64,000 bases of DNA. Origin: an uncultured Chloroflexia bacterium. GTDB taxonomy: Bacteria > Chloroflexota > Limnocylindria > Limnocylindrales > CSP1-4. The stretch spans positions 128,846-192,845 of the forward strand of contig CAVVDB010000007.1 of NCBI GenBank assembly GCA_963746865.1, read 5' to 3'. A program made the translations under genes and the position numbers. Below are positions 1 to 11,381 of this stretch, piece by piece (the stretch's first letter is position 1; the number at the start of each line of letters is the position of its first letter). The notes below the pieces were generated by a model. That model had not been told where the DNA came from. It made no database searches and worked only from the letters and a program-made list of their open reading frames with translations.

Positions 1-1
1 C

Positions 2-787
2 ACCGACGACGGCGTCATCGAGTTGCGCGCGACAGGCATGCCGCTGGGTCTCATGCCGGGGGTCCGCTACGAGGAGACCGAGGGAGTCATCGCCCCCGGC
101 AGCAACGTCCTGCTGTATTCGGACGGGCTCGTCGAGGCACACGACCCGAACCAGGAGATGTACGGCTTCCCGCGCCTGCGCGAGGAGATGACCGTCGACG
201 ATGCCGGCAGCGAGCTTCTCGATCGATTGCTCGACACCCTCCACCGGTTCACCGGCCCCGACTGGGAGCAGGAGGACGACATCACGCTGGTGACCCTCCG
301 GCGCGCTTCCGGGGTCGCCGACGAGCCGTCGGACGATGCCGCGTCCGGCCCGTCCCTGGTCACCGCCTTCTCGATCCCCGGCGAGGAAGGCAACGAGCGC
401 ATGGCGATGGACCGCGTGGCGGCCTCGATCGCCGACCTCGGGCTCCCGCCGGCACGTCTCGAACGCCTCAAGACGGCGGTCAGCGAGGCGGCCATGAACG
501 CGATCGAGTACGGCAGCCAGGGCCAGCCCGAGATCCCCGTCGACATCGTCGTCGAGACGACGACCGACGCGATCGTGGTTCGCATCACCGATCGCGCCCT
601 GTCCGGCGCCATCCCTGACGACGCCGAGGCACCCGATATCGAGCTGAAGCTCGCCGGCCAGCAGAAGCCGCGCGGCTGGGGGCTGTTCCTGATCAAGAGC
701 ATGGTCGATTCGATGGACGTGACCAGCGACGGGTCGAGCCAGACGGTGACCCTGACGATGGCGCGCGAGGAGCGTAGTGATGGATGA
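2..787 (+). CDS. SpoIIE/PP2C phosphatase C-terminal region fused to an RsbW-like HATPase (anti-sigma kinase) domain; 5' end outside window
   Basis: Frame of ORF 23..787 stays open to base 2. LLYSDGLVEA...DDITLVTLRR resembles a SpoIIE C-terminus. AVSEAAMNAIEYG...GWGLFLIKSMVDSMD resembles the RsbW/SpoIIAB ATPase. Followed by two STAS genes. Confidence 0.75.
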   Translation, partial: TDDGVIELRATGMPLGLMPGVRYEETEGVIAPGSNVLLYSDGLVEAHDPNQEMYGFPRLREEMTVDDAGSELLDRLLDTLHRFTGPDWEQEDDITLVTLRRASGVADEPSDDAASGPSLVTAFSIPGEEGNERMAMDRVAASIADLGLPPARLERLKTAVSEAAMNAIEYGSQGQPEIPVDIVVETTTDAIVVRITDRALSGAIPDDAEAPDIELKLAGQQKPRGWGLFLIKSMVDSMDVTSDGSSQTVTLTMAREERSDG

Positions 788-1112
788 GCGGCAGTTTGGA
801 GCAGAGGTCACCGAGGTCCCCGACGAGGTGCGGCTGCGCCTCAGCGGCGACCTGAACGCCCGCGCGGACGAGACGCTCGCCGACGCCTACGCCCAGGTCG
901 CGGCCCTCGGGCCCCGGCGGGTCAGTCTCGACTTCGGGCATGTGGGCTACATCAACAGCACCGGCATCGCACTCGTCGTTCGGCTGCTGGCCGACGCCCG
1001 CCGCGACGGCCGGACCGTCCGGGCGGTCGGCCTGACCGCCCACTACCAGGAGATCTTCCGGATCACCCGACTGTCGGACTTCATGGAGATCGTCGAAGGA
1101 GATGCCGCATGA
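777..1112 (+). CDS. STAS-domain anti-sigma-factor antagonist
   Basis: 111 aa. LDFGHVGYINSTGIALVVRLL and HYQEIFRITRL are typical of RsbV/SpoIIAA. Start overlaps the upstream gene end. Confidence 0.8.
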   Translation: MMDERQFGAEVTEVPDEVRLRLSGDLNARADETLADAYAQVAALGPRRVSLDFGHVGYINSTGIALVVRLLADARRDGRTVRAVGLTAHYQEIFRITRLSDFMEIVEGDAA

Positions 1113-1456
1113 GCGCCACCGTCATCGAGCTGGATCAGGAAGGCCCCGCGTCCATCCTGCGGATCGAGGGCGATGTCACCTCCGGCAGCGAGGACGACCT
1201 CACCGCGGCCTACGGCCTGGCGGTCGCCAACGGGGCGACGGCGGTCGTCCTCGACTTCAGCAAGCTCGCCTACATGAACAGCGGTGGCATCGGACTGCTC
1301 GTGACGCTGCTCGTCCGGGCCCAGCGCGGCGGCGTCCGGCTGGTCGCGACCGGGCTGTCCGACCACTACCGCCAGATCTTCGAGCTGACCCGCCTCGACG
1401 AGGCGATCGAGATCCACGCCGACGAGCCGGCGGCCGTGGCCGCCGCGACCGCCTGA
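1109..1456 (+). CDS. STAS-domain anti-sigma-factor antagonist (second copy)
   Basis: 115 aa. LDFSKLAYMNSGGIGLLVTLL, DHYRQIFELTRL. 4-bp ATGA overlap with the upstream STAS gene. Confidence 0.8.
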   Translation: MSATVIELDQEGPASILRIEGDVTSGSEDDLTAAYGLAVANGATAVVLDFSKLAYMNSGGIGLLVTLLVRAQRGGVRLVATGLSDHYRQIFELTRLDEAIEIHADEPAAVAAATA

Positions 1457-1625
1457 CGACCAGGAGGAGGTCGAGATGACCGACACCGAGACCATGACCG
1501 ACAGGGGACCGAGACCGGCACCGAGCCCGGCACCGAGCCGGCCGCCGCAACCGAAGCGCCGGCGAATCGCGATGCCGCCAACTGGGCCAAGCCGGTCGAC
1601 CGGCTGACATGCCGGGACCTCGGCG

Positions 1626-2276
1626 ATGAAGGACGACGCCGTCACCGGCAAGCGCGTCCGGGGGCCGCTCCAGGGCTTCGGCCAGCTGTGGCAGAAGTCG
1701 TTCACCGTCCGGCTGGACGGGGTCGACACGACGCCCGAGGCGGTCATCGCGACCTGGAAGGAGCACTTCGCCGAGTTCTGGCCGAGGGGCCAGCGGTTCT
1801 ACGCCCCGTTGTCCGGGATCAAGCCGGGCGAGGTCGGCCTGCTCGAGATCGAGCCACTGCCGGGCGCCCCGGTGCGGCTGTCGACCGGCGTGCTCGTCCT
1901 GTATGCCGATGCCGAGTCGTTCACGTTCATGACCCCGGAAGGCCATACCCTGTCGGCGTGGATCACCTTCTCCGCCCGCCGCGACGGCGACGTGACGATC
2001 GCCGAGGCGCAGGCCCTGGAGCGGCCGTCGGACCCGTTCGACGAGATCGCCTACAAGTTCGGCGGCAATCGGCAGAACAACAAGTTCTGGCAGGGGACCC
2101 TGCGCAACCTGGCCGGGTTCGTCGGCGTCGCCGAACCGGTCGTCGTCACCCAGGTCACGTGCATCGACAAGAACCGCCAGTGGCGGCATTGGCGGAACGT
2201 CAGCAACAGCGCGACCCTGCATTCCGCTCGGCGGACGCTGACCGCCCCGTTCCGCAAGCTGACCGGCCGGGGCTGA
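1626..2276 (+). CDS. conserved hypothetical protein, function unknown
   Basis: 216-aa ORF with unbiased composition (GPLQGFGQLWQKSF...). A GGAGG-preceded ATG at 1476 and an ANWAKPVDRL stretch in another frame suggest the real gene may start at 1476 and be frame-broken twice. Confidence 0.5.
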   Translation: MKDDAVTGKRVRGPLQGFGQLWQKSFTVRLDGVDTTPEAVIATWKEHFAEFWPRGQRFYAPLSGIKPGEVGLLEIEPLPGAPVRLSTGVLVLYADAESFTFMTPEGHTLSAWITFSARRDGDVTIAEAQALERPSDPFDEIAYKFGGNRQNNKFWQGTLRNLAGFVGVAEPVVVTQVTCIDKNRQWRHWRNVSNSATLHSARRTLTAPFRKLTGRG

Positions 2277-2384
2277 GGCCGCTCCGTCGGGCGCGTCCCG
2301 ACGGGCTGTCAAGGCGATGACGAGGACGGCGGCGGTGGCTCCGGCGTCCATGTCAGTCTGGCTGCGATCGGGTCACCCGACCTC

Positions 2385-3825
2385 ATGACGGCGCTCGACG
2401 GCCCGCTCGACGCGATCGTCGTCGGGGCCGGGCCGAACGGGCTGGCCGCCGCGATCACGCTGGCCCGTGCCGGGCGCTCGGTCCGGGTCTACGAGGCGGC
2501 CCCGACGGCGGGCGGCGGGGCACGGACCGCGGAACTGACCCTCCCCGGGTTCCGCCACGACGTCTGCTCGACGATCGTGCCGCTGGCGGGCGCCTCCGCG
2601 TTCTTCGCCACGATCGACCTGGCCGCCCGCGGCGTGGAACTGATCCATCCCGATGCACCGGTCGCGCATCCGCTCGATGGCGGCCGCGCCGCGGTCCTCG
2701 AGCGGTCGGTGGCGGCCACGGCAGAGGGCCTGGGCGAGACGGACGGCCGTGCCTGGCGACGGACTGTTCGGGCCGCTCGTGCGCGACGCCGCGAAGCTCG
2801 GGGCGGAGGTCCTCCGGCCGGTCATCCACCTGCCGCGGCACCCGTGGACGATGGCCCGCTTCGGGCTGCCGGCGCTGCGCTCGACCCGCGGGCTGGCCGA
2901 GAGCCGGTTCGAGGGGGACGCGGCGCGCGCGCTGTTCGCCGGGATCTCGGCGCATTCGATGCTGCGGCTCGAGCGACCGATGAGCGCCGTCGTTCGGGTT
3001 GGTCCTCGCGACTTACGCCCATGCCGTCGGCTGGCCGATGGTCCGCGGCGGCGTCGCGGGCGTGACCGATGCGCTCGTCGCGGAACTGGAGGCGGCCGGT
3101 GGCGAACTGGTGACCGGCCAACGGGTCGGGTCGCTCGCCGAGCTGCCGAAGGCGCGTGCCGTCGTCCTCGACGTGACGCCCCGCCAGCTCGTCGCGATCG
3201 CCGGCGACCGCCTGTCGTCATTCGAACGACGGCGTGCCGAGCGGTTCCGCTACGGCCCGGGCGTCTTCAAGGTGGACTGGGCACTGGACGGTCCCGTGCC
3301 CTGGACAGCCGACGGCGTGCGTCGCGCGGCGACCGTCCACCTCGGCGGGACCCTCGACGAGATCGCCTTCGCCGAGGCGCGAGGTCGGCCGCCGGCCGAC
3401 ACCCGGATCGGCCGTACATCCTGTTCGTCCAGTACGCCCCGTGGGACACGACCCGGGCGCCGGCCGGGAAGACCACGGCCTGGGCGTACTGCCACGTGCC
3501 GGCGGGGTCCGACGTCGACATGACCGACCGGATCGAGGCGCAGGTCGAGCGCTTCGCCCCCGGCTTCCGCGACCGGATCCTGGCGCGCTCGACGCGCGGG
3601 CCGGCCGCCATGGAGGCCTACGACGAGAACTACATCGGGGGCGACATCAACGGCGGCGTCGAGGACATCCGCCAGCTCATCTTCCGGCCGTGGCCGTCGC
3701 GCGATCCGTATCACGTCGGGCGAGGGCTCTACCTGTGCTCGTCATCGACCCCGCCTGGCGGCGGCGTCCACGGCATGAGCGGGCTGCACGCCGCGCGGTC
3801 GGCCCTCCGCCACGACCTGCGCTGA
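2385..3825 (+). pseudogene. FAD/NAD(P)-binding oxidoreductase of the phytoene-desaturase (CrtI)-like family, split over 4 frame segments
   Basis: N-terminal dinucleotide fold DAIVVGAGPNGLAAAITLARAG (frame of 2385). Middle parts lie in ORFs 2653.. and 2999..3523. C-terminus YCHVPAGS...GGDINGG...LYLCSSSTPPGGGVHGMSG ends at 3825. Frame changes near 2755, 2995 and 3380. Confidence 0.75.
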
Positions 3826-3838
3826 ACGGCCGCGCCAT

Positions 3839-3980
3839 CCCCGTCCCGCCGCATGCATCCCAGGCATCAGATTCGCCTGTTGTGAGCGTGGCCACCCCCG
3901 AGTTTCGTCAGAATCGGGCCATGGCCAAGCGCGTACGAGCCGATTCGCATGAGCAGGATGCATACGGGGGCGCGACGGGG
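3839..3980 (-). repeat. family A palindromic repeat, copy 1 (core ATGCAT..ATGCAT 3853-3963, 111 bp)
   Basis: Direct comparison with 9 other copies. Flanks extend the palindrome (CCCCGTCCCGCCGC / GGGGGCGCGACGGGG). Lies between convergent 3' ends. Confidence 0.9.
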
Positions 3981-4041
3981 CGCTGGGGCGGGCGCGGCGC
4001 GGGGGCGCGGGCGCGGGCGCGCGGGGACGCGGGCTGACCGG

Positions 4042-4825
4042 CTACGGCGACCGGCCCAGCTCCCGGCGCAGCCAGATCCCGAACACGAGGGCCCCGATCG
4101 CCGGCACGGCCGTCCAGGCCGTCAACACCAGCAGGACCACGATGAGCACCGCGTGGATGTCGTCGAGCGAGGCCTCGATCACCCCGGACCGGAGGCGCTC
4201 GGCGGCCGCGGCCGTGCTGTCGGCGAGCCGTTCGAGCGACGTCGCGTTGGCCGCCAGGGCATCGCTGTTCCCCTCCAGGCTGTCGCCGATGGCCGACAGC
4301 CGGGTATCGAGCCCCTCGATGCCATTGGCGATCGCGCCGACGGCGTCGGCGGCCGGGCCGAGCGGCGTCACGCCCAGGATGTTGACCGCCCGCAGGACGC
4401 CCTCGAGCGTTTCGAGGCTGGTCCGCACGCCGGCGATCGCGTCGGCGGCGGCGTTGACCCCCTCGGCGGTCTTGTCGATGGTGACGGTGAAGCTCTCGGC
4501 GGTCGCCGACGCGTCGTCGAGCGCGACCGCGGTCCGGTCGAGGATGGTCGCCAGTCTCGTCCACGCTCGTCTCGACGCGAGCGGCCAGCGAGTCGATCCG
4601 GCCGTTGACCCAGACGAGCGCACCGAGCCCGATGACGCAGACGACGAGCCCGATGACCCCGTAGGCGATGAGCCCGCTGCTCAGCCGATGCAGGCCGCCG
4701 CGCAGCCCGAGCGCGTGAGGCTCGTCCGCGCCCGGCGCCCCGGCGCGCCCGGCCGTCCCGGGTCCGCCCGGCTCCCCCTGCCCCGCCGGGCGGGGCTCGT
4801 ACGATTGCGTCTGGTCGTCCGTCAT
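4042..4825 (-). pseudogene. membrane-anchored hypothetical protein with one apparent frameshift near 4556
   Basis: N-terminus with TM helix LIAYGVIGLVVCVIGLGALVWV in the frame of ORF 3908..4825. Continuation LATILDRTAVALDDASATAESF... and C-terminal TM LIVVLLVLTAWTAVPAIGALVFGIWL in ORF 4042..4623. Confidence 0.5.
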
Positions 4826-5586
4826 GGCACCCAGCCCACCATGTCGCCCACCGCGGTCGGCACCGTCTGGACATCCGGCGCCAGTTCCGCAGCGTACTCG
4901 ACGAACGCCGCCGGCGGCTCGACCAATCGCTCGGGGAAGACCCGCCCGAGCGCGTGCGGCCAGTAGGTCCCCCAGTGGATCGGGACTGCCGCCCGGGGCC
5001 GGATCAGCCGCAGCGCCTGGGCCGCCCGGAGCGGATCGAGATGGAGCCCGCGGCCGAGCGTCGGCCCCCAGCCCCAGACGGGGATGAGCGCCATGTCGAT
5101 CGGTTCGTCGAGCTCGCCCATCCCGTCGAACAGGTCCGTGTCACCGGCGAAGTAGACGGTCTGGCTGCCGCGCACGACGTAGCCCAGCGGCGGCGCCGTC
5201 GGACCGAGCGGCGGCCGGTAGCCGGAGTGGACGGCCGGTACCGCCCGGACGACCACGCCGCCGACTTCGGCCGTGTCACCGACCGCCAGCTCGCGGACAT
5301 CGCGGAACCCGGCGCCACGCATCCACGAACCAGCCCCGGCCGGGACGAAGATCGGGGTCTCGCGGCCCAGGTCCCGCAGCGACGGCACGTCGAGGTGGTC
5401 CCAGTGGAGGTGCGAGATCAGCACCGCGTCGATGTCGCGCAGCCGATCGCGGGCCGGGACCGGCTCGACGCGTCGGAGCGGGCCCACCCGCCCGCGGGTG
5501 ACCGGGTCGGTCAGGACGCGCACCCCGTCCATCGCCACGACCACCGCCGAGTGGCCGATGAAGTCGAGCGTGAGGCGTTCGCTCAC
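4822..5586 (-). CDS. MBL-fold metallo-hydrolase
   Basis: Last 254 aa of ORF 4822..6216: HLHWDHLD metal motif, FAGDTD, IPIHWGTY. GTG at 5586 gives a GTGA overlap with the upstream stop at 5583. Confidence 0.8.
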   Translation of the reverse strand: MSERLTLDFIGHSAVVVAMDGVRVLTDPVTRGRVGPLRRVEPVPARDRLRDIDAVLISHLHWDHLDVPSLRDLGRETPIFVPAGAGSWMRGAGFRDVRELAVGDTAEVGGVVVRAVPAVHSGYRPPLGPTAPPLGYVVRGSQTVYFAGDTDLFDGMGELDEPIDMALIPVWGWGPTLGRGLHLDPLRAAQALRLIRPRAAVPIHWGTYWPHALGRVFPERLVEPPAAFVEYAAELAPDVQTVPTAVGDMVGWVP

Positions 5587-7700
5587 CGCCAGCTGCTGCG
5601 GGCCGCGTCGGGGTAGAGCCGGACCCGTCGATACGGCTCGCGGCCGCGCGACCGCGAGACGAGGTTGGCTCGCTCGGCCATCTGGTGCTGGAGCCGTCGG
5701 ATATAGGCGTTCTGCGGCGAGAGCTCGACCGCCTCCGACGATGACAGGACCGATTCGATGGCGTCCTCGGTCTCGCGCATGGCGGCCTCGCGCGGGTCGA
5801 TCTCGAGCGAGAAGATGGAGGTCAGGCTCGACTGCATCTGCGGGATGGTGTTGCTCTTGAGGACGTAGATCGGGACCGCCCGGTCCTCCGCGTCGCGGAG
5901 CATCGGCGTCTTCTGCTTGTACTCGTTGCGCAGGGTCATGACCACGTCGGCTTCGTCGACGTCCCGGGCGATGACCACGGGGAGTTGCAGGTCGCGGACG
6001 GCCTGCTCGAGCCGCTTCCGGCTGATCCCCTGGGGCAGGACCCGCAGGGTCGGCAGCGGCGAGCCGCCGGGCACCAACACCAGCCCGCCGTCGGGGCCTT
6101 CCTCGGCCCCCAGCGGCAGCTGGTCCAGGTCGTCGTCGAGGTCGTCGGCGTTGACCGGGCCGGTCCCGTCCTCCGCCTTCATGGCACTCAGCGCCCGGCT
6201 CGCCTGGTCGCTCCACGCCTTCTGGCGCTGGAGTTCGCGGGCCTCTCGCGCACGGGTCTCGGCCGCGCTCAGGGCGCCGCGCTCGAGTGGACCGCGGTCG
6301 GCGATCTCGCCGGCCACGAACGGTGCTTCGCCGAGCGCGCCCGGCCCACCGGACCCACCCGCGCCGCCCGCCGCGCCGGCACCCCGGCCGCCCGCCGGCG
6401 GCGAGGCGAACCGCTCACCCGGGAGCGTGCCGGCCCAGCCACCCTCCGATGCGGGACCGCGGGTCGCGGGCTCCCGGCCGGACCCGCCACGCGACGCGCG
6501 CCAGCCGCCGGTCGCGCCGGGGCGATAGCCCGGGCGAACGCTGGAGCCGCGTTCGGCCTCGCGGTAGCCGCCGCTTCGATAGGCGCCGTCGCCGCGCCAG
6601 CCCGGTTCCATCCGCCACGGCGACCCCGCCCCGACCAGCCCGGCGAAGCGCTCAGCGCCCAGTTGCTCGCGTGGCGACGGCCGCGGCCGGCCCTGCGAGC
6701 GGTGGACCCCTTCCTCATCGCGCCAGCGCAGTTCGGGGGCGACCGGATCGCCGCGCAGCATGGCGTCGACCGTGTCGGCAACGTCGGAATGGACGGTCAC
6801 CCGCTCGCGATCGACGATCTCGACGATGACGTCGAAGGTCGGCGGCGCCTTGCGCTCCAGCACGCTCTTCTGGGTCCGCCGCCGGCGTGCCTCCTCGTCG
6901 CCCAAGGTGACGCTCTGGATCCCGCCGATGAGGTCGGACAGGGTCGGGTTGAGCATCAGGTTGTCGAGGTTGTTGCCGTGCGCGGTGCCGATCAGCTGGA
7001 CGCCGCGTTCGGCGATCGTCCGGGCGGCGGCCGCCTCCAGCTCGGTCCCGATCTCGTCGATGATGATGACCTGGGGCATGTGGTTCTCGACCGCCTCGAT
7101 CATCACCTCGTGCTGGAGCGACGGGGTGCGGACCTGCATCCGGCGGGCCTTGCCGATCGCCGGGTGCGGGATGTCGCCGTCACCGGCGATCTCGTTGGAG
7201 GTGTCGACCACGACGACCCGCTTGCCCATGTCGTCGGCCAGGACGCGGGCGGCCTCGCGCAGCATCGTCGTCTTGCCGATCCCCGGCCGACCCATGATCA
7301 GGATCGACTTCCCGGTCTCCACGAAGTCGTTGATGATCTCGATCGTCCCGAACACCGCCCGCCCGATCCGGCAGGTCAGCCCGACGATCTTGCCGTTGCG
7401 ATTGCGGATGGCGCTGATGCGGTGGAGCGTCCGTTCGATGCCTGCCCGGTTGTCGTCGCCGAACGACCCGATGTGCTCGACCACGAAGGCGATGTCGCCC
7501 TCGTCGATCTCGCGATCGAGCAGACTCACCTCCGAGTCCGGGAAGCGCGCCTCGGGCCGACGGCCCAGGTCCATGACGACCTCGATCAGCGCCGAGCGAT
7601 CGGGCAGGGCGTTGACCGCCGCCACGATCTCGGGCGGCAGCGATGTGAGGAGGGCATCGAGGTCGTCGATCAATTCACGGGGGCGCTCACCGGATGGCAT
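5583..7700 (-). CDS. AAA ATPase with C-terminal R3H nucleic-acid-binding domain (SpoIIIAA/Ycf45-like)
   Basis: Walker [10 protein letters not shown], Walker [10 protein letters not shown]-terminal [16 protein letters not shown] region. ATG at 7700 is preceded by GGAGG. The ORF-track start 7712 is an upstream GTG. Confidence 0.85.
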   Translation of the reverse strand: MPSGERPRELIDDLDALLTSLPPEIVAAVNALPDRSALIEVVMDLGRRPEARFPDSEVSLLDREIDEGDIAFVVEHIGSFGDDNRAGIERTLHRISAIRNRNGKIVGLTCRIGRAVFGTIEIINDFVETGKSILIMGRPGIGKTTMLREAARVLADDMGKRVVVVDTSNEIAGDGDIPHPAIGKARRMQVRTPSLQHEVMIEAVENHMPQVIIIDEIGTELEAAAARTIAERGVQLIGTAHGNNLDNLMLNPTLSDLIGGIQSVTLGDEEARRRRTQKSVLERKAPPTFDVIVEIVDRERVTVHSDVADTVDAMLRGDPVAPELRWRDEEGVHRSQGRPRPSPREQLGAERFAGLVGAGSPWRMEPGWRGDGAYRSGGYREAERGSSVRPGYRPGATGGWRASRGGSGREPATRGPASEGGWAGTLPGERFASPPAGGRGAGAAGGAGGSGGPGALGEAPFVAGEIADRGPLERGALSAAETRAREARELQRQKAWSDQASRALSAMKAEDGTGPVNADDLDDDLDQLPLGAEEGPDGGLVLVPGGSPLPTLRVLPQGISRKRLEQAVRDLQLPVVIARDVDEADVVMTLRNEYKQKTPMLRDAEDRAVPIYVLKSNTIPQMQSSLTSIFSLEIDPREAAMRETEDAIESVLSSSEAVELSPQNAYIRRLQHQMAERANLVSRSRGREPYRRVRLYPDAARSSWR

Positions 7701-7711
7701 GCGGGCCTCCA

Positions 7712-8776
7712 CTAGCGGACGCCGGCCGGCACGAGGGCCGGTTCGGCGACACGGACGAGGGTTTCCTTCATCAGCAGGTTGACGCTGGCGATCGAATCGA
7801 AGCCGGCCTCCTCCAGGCGTCGGTCGATCGGCGCCTCATAGGTTCGCACGGGAGCGATCACCCCGTGGTTGAACCGATGATCGCCCTTGGCGGTCCGCGC
7901 GCCGATCACCCCGAGACCGAAGTCGATCAGGTCGGACACGTCGGCCTCTGGCCGGGCGATGATCTTGAGGTAGTGCGGCTGGTCCTCCTTGGCGACGCCG
8001 ATCTGGAGGAAGCCGTCGAGCTGCGTGCCGTCCTTGCCGCCACCGTCCGAGGCCTGGACGAAGCCCTCGACATCGGCGAAGCGGAGGAGCGGTGTCAGGC
8101 TCGACCGCGGGACCCGCCAGTGCGATCCCTGGCGCTCCCAGTCCGCCAGCCGGATCGCCTCGAGGCGGGCGACCGGGGCCGGCGTCGCGAGCGCGTACAG
8201 CCGCGACAGCGGGAGCGCGTCGAGCGAGGTCGCCGGGCGGATCCGGCAGCCGGCAGCTCGATCGTCCGGCCACGCGTCCGGAAGCGCCTTGCCCGCGGCG
8301 CGGACCAGGACGTGCTCCTCGCCGTAGCGCATGAAACCCGCCTGCATCAGCAGCTCGACGTTGCCGTCGACGTCGGCGCAGGCGACGTGGAAGCGGGCGG
8401 CGGCGCGTTTGGCGCCCTCGCGCAGGAGCTGCTGGACGAGGCGGTAGCGGATGTCGCCGGCGTTGGCCATCCCGACCGCATCCAGCTCCACGATCGTCCA
8501 CTCGTCGCGGACCGTCTCGCGCTCCACCCGGACGAGCCCGGCGATCCGGCCCTCCTCCTCGTACACGAACATCAGGTCGTTCGGGCGGAAGGCGCCCAGC
8601 GGCAGGCGGAAGAGGCTGAACACGCCGATCGGGGGGCCGTTGACCGGCAGGCCGAGCGAGCGCGTGTCGGCGGAGTCGGACTGGCACAGGCGCGACAGCT
8701 CCCCGAGCGCGGCGAGGTCGGTCAGGCGCGCCGCCCGGACCTTGCCGGTGCTGCGCGGGCTCCGCATGGCGCTCAC
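7712..8776 (-). CDS. GNAT-family acetyltransferase-like protein
   Basis: 354 aa. [11 protein letters not shown]...[24 protein letters not shown] resembles a GNAT acetyl-CoA site. Alternative ATG start at 8767. Confidence 0.6.
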   Translation of the reverse strand: MSAMRSPRSTGKVRAARLTDLAALGELSRLCQSDSADTRSLGLPVNGPPIGVFSLFRLPLGAFRPNDLMFVYEEEGRIAGLVRVERETVRDEWTIVELDAVGMANAGDIRYRLVQQLLREGAKRAAARFHVACADVDGNVELLMQAGFMRYGEEHVLVRAAGKALPDAWPDDRAAGCRIRPATSLDALPLSRLYALATPAPVARLEAIRLADWERQGSHWRVPRSSLTPLLRFADVEGFVQASDGGGKDGTQLDGFLQIGVAKEDQPHYLKIIARPEADVSDLIDFGLGVIGARTAKGDHRFNHGVIAPVRTYEAPIDRRLEEAGFDSIASVNLLMKETLVRVAEPALVPAGVR

Positions 8777-8783
8777 GTGGCGC

Positions 8784-9440
8784 TCACGTCGCGGCCCCGT
8801 CGTGGCGGCCCGCGGCTGAGCGGCGGGTGGGGTGCGGCCGTCGGCCGGAGCCCTCGCCCGGGTCGTCGTGCTCCGAGGCCATCGTCGCCACCAGCCGGTG
8901 GAAGCGGGTCTCGCCGGCGAGTTCGGGGTGGAACGCGGTGGCGATCACGTTGCGCTGGCGGACCGCGACGATCCGACCGTCGTCGAGTCGGGCCAGCACG
9001 TCCACATCAGGCCCGGTCCGCTCGATGATCGGGGCGCGGATGAAGACGGCATGGACCGGGGTGCTGCCCAGGACCGGCACGTCAAGCTCCGCCTCGAACG
9101 AGTCCAGCTGGCGCCCGAACGCGTTGCGCTCGACGGTCACGTCGAGGAGCGGCAGGATCGGTGGCTCGCCACCGGCGATCTCGGTCGCGAGGACGATCAT
9201 CCCGGCGCATGTGCCGAAGACGGGCGCGCCACGGGCGGCCAGCTCGAGGATCGGGTCGTGCAGCCCCCAGCGCTCGATGAGCTGGCGCATCGTGGTGCTC
9301 TCGCCGCCCGGCAGGATCAGCCCGCTGACGTCGGCCAGGTCGGCCGGCTCGCGCACGCGGACGCCCTCCACGCCGATCGCATGGAGCGTGTCGAGGTGCT
9401 CGCGGAACGCCCCCTGCAGGGCGAGGACGCCGATCCTCAT
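8784..9440 (-). CDS. pdxT: pyridoxal 5'-phosphate synthase glutaminase subunit
   Basis: 218 aa in the tail of ORF 8784..10358: [38 protein letters not shown]. Directly downstream of pdxS. Confidence 0.9.
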   Translation of the reverse strand: MRIGVLALQGAFREHLDTLHAIGVEGVRVREPADLADVSGLILPGGESTTMRQLIERWGLHDPILELAARGAPVFGTCAGMIVLATEIAGGEPPILPLLDVTVERNAFGRQLDSFEAELDVPVLGSTPVHAVFIRAPIIERTGPDVDVLARLDDGRIVAVRQRNVIATAFHPELAGETRFHRLVATMASEHDDPGEGSGRRPHPTRRSAAGRHDGAAT

Positions 9441-9469
9441 GTCGCGGTCGCCGTGTGGGTCGTGTCGCC

Positions 9470-10358
9470 CTACCAGCCCCGGACGGCGAGTCGCTCCTGG
9501 TCGGGGATCTCCTCGAGGGCGATCCCGCGCATCGGCGCACCCAGCCCCTTGCTGACCTCGGCGATCTTCTTGGGATCGTCGAAGAAGGTCGTCGCCTGGA
9601 CGATCGCGTTGGCCATCCGGGCCGGGTCCTCGCTCTTGAAGATGCCCGATCCGACGAAGACGCCCTCCGCGCCGAGCTGCATGACCAGCGCAGCGTCGGA
9701 CGGTGTGCTGATCCCGCCCGCGACGAAATTCACGACCGGCAGCTTGCCGTTGGTCGCGATGTCCTTGACCAGCTCGTACGGCGCGCCGAGCTCCTTGGCC
9801 GCGACGAACAGCTCGTCCTCGCGCATGCCCTGCAGGCGGCGGATCTCGGCCAGCACGTCGCGCAGCTGGTGGACCGCCTCGACGATGTTGCCGGTCCCGG
9901 CCTCGCCCTTGGTCCGCATCATCGCGGCGCCCTCGTTGATCCGGCGGATGCGCCTCGCCGAGGTTCCGGCAGCCGCACACGAACGGCACCTTGAAGGCGT
10001 GCTTGTCGATGTGGTTCCGCTCGTCGGCCGGGGTGAGGACCTCGGATTCGTCGATGTAGTCGACACCGAGCGCCTCGAGGACCTGCGCCTCGACGAAGTG
10101 GCCGATGCGCGCCTTGGCCATGACCGGGATGGTCACCGCGTCCATGATCCCGACGATCATCTCGGGATCGGACATGCGGGCGACGCCGCCGGCCTTGCGG
10201 ATGTCGGCCGGGACGCGCTCGAGCGCCATGACGGCGACCGCGCCGGCGTCCTCGGCGACCTTGGCCTGATCGGGCGTGACGACGTCCATGATGACGCCGC
10301 CCTTGAGCATCTGGGCGAGGCCCTTCTTGGTCGCCCAGGTGGACGTTTCGAGGGTCAT
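9470..10358 (-). pseudogene. pdxS: pyridoxal 5'-phosphate synthase lyase subunit, single apparent 1-nt insertion near 9951
   Basis: N-terminus [15 protein letters not shown]...[14 protein letters not shown] in the ORF starting at 10358. C-terminus [25 protein letters not shown]...FVGSGIF in ORF 9470..10066. Confidence 0.9.
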
Positions 10359-10503
10359 GTCAGCGGAGTCCCTTTGGTTGCCGCGCTCGGGTCGCCGGCC
10401 GGGTCTGGCCCCGGGGTCGTCGCCCGTTCGAGTCGGCCGAGCCCCTCGCGCGTCGGGATTATCGCACGGGCGCGCACGAGGGCTCTCGCGAGGCGGGACG
10501 GGC

Positions 10504-10553
10504 GGCCCGCGTAGGCCCGCGAAGGCCCGCGATGGCCGGCGTGGGCCCGCGTA
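10504..10553. repeat. 10-bp tandem repeat x5 (GGCCCGCGNN)
   Basis: GGCCCGCGTA GGCCCGCGAA GGCCCGCGAT GGCCGGCGTG GGCCCGCGTA read directly. Abuts family A copy 2. Confidence 0.8.
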
Positions 10554-10665
10554 TGCATCTCACTCATGAGATTCGAGCCGGACACGCTTGGCCATGCCCC
10601 GATTCGGACAGAAGTCGGCCATGGCCACGCTCACTGATCGCGATTCGCATGAGTGGGATGCATAC
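10551..10665 (+). repeat. family A palindromic repeat, copy 2 (core 10553-10663, 111 bp)
   Basis: ATGCATCTCACTCATGAGATTCG...CGATTCGCATGAGTGGGATGCAT. Lies between the PNPOx-like 3' end and the pdxS 5' end. Confidence 0.9.
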
Positions 10666-10707
10666 GACCCATCACGACGGCACGTGGCGGCGGCGCCGGG
10701 CCTCGGC

Positions 10708-11191
10708 CTAGAACCGGAACCGTGTCATGTCGGTCGGGAAGACCGACCACGCGAAGGCCTTGACCGGCCGAAGCTCCCAGAGGCCGCCCTCGGCCCAGTT
10801 CTCGGCATCGGCGACGTACCCGGGCTGGTACTTGGCATACCCCGCCAGGATCGCGCCGGACAGCGGCTCCCCCGGCGCGACCAGCTCGACCGCGGACCCC
10901 TCGACGATCACGACCTCGTCGCCGATCTCGATGTGGATCGCGAGCTGCGGGTTCTCACGGAGATTGCGCTGCCAGCGCGTCGGACCACCTTCCACGTACC
11001 AACGTCCGTCGACCCACGCCCCCCAGATCGGGATGAGGTGTGGCGCGCCGATCCGAGCCCGCGGTGGCCAGCCAGTAGATGAGCGCGCGCTCGAGGCGCT
11101 CGAGCGCCCACGACCACGGCAGCACGCCCTCGAGCGTTTCGGGGATGCCGTAGCCCGGGACATGCGGGCGGTCGGCGCGGGGCTCGGCCAT
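10708..11191 (-). pseudogene. pyridoxamine 5'-phosphate oxidase-family (PNPOx-like) protein, one apparent frameshift near 11055
   Basis: N-terminus MAEPRADRPHVPGYGIPE...ERALIYWLATA in ORF 10955..11191. Continuation GAPHLIPIWGAWVDGRWYVEGGPTRWQRNL... in ORF 10708..11391. Confidence 0.7.
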
Positions 11192-11381
11192 GTCCTCGAT
11201 GTTAGCGGGCGCCCTTGTCGGCCTTGAGGCGACGAAACCTGCATCGCGGGCCTTTGCTTCGCGCTCGAACCGTGGTCCAGAGCCTTCAGGCCCGAATTCG
11301 TCGCTTGGGGCGCGACGATGACGCGTTTCCGTCGGCGCGGCGCGACATGGCGCACGTTTTCGACGCCTGGTATGCGACGAG

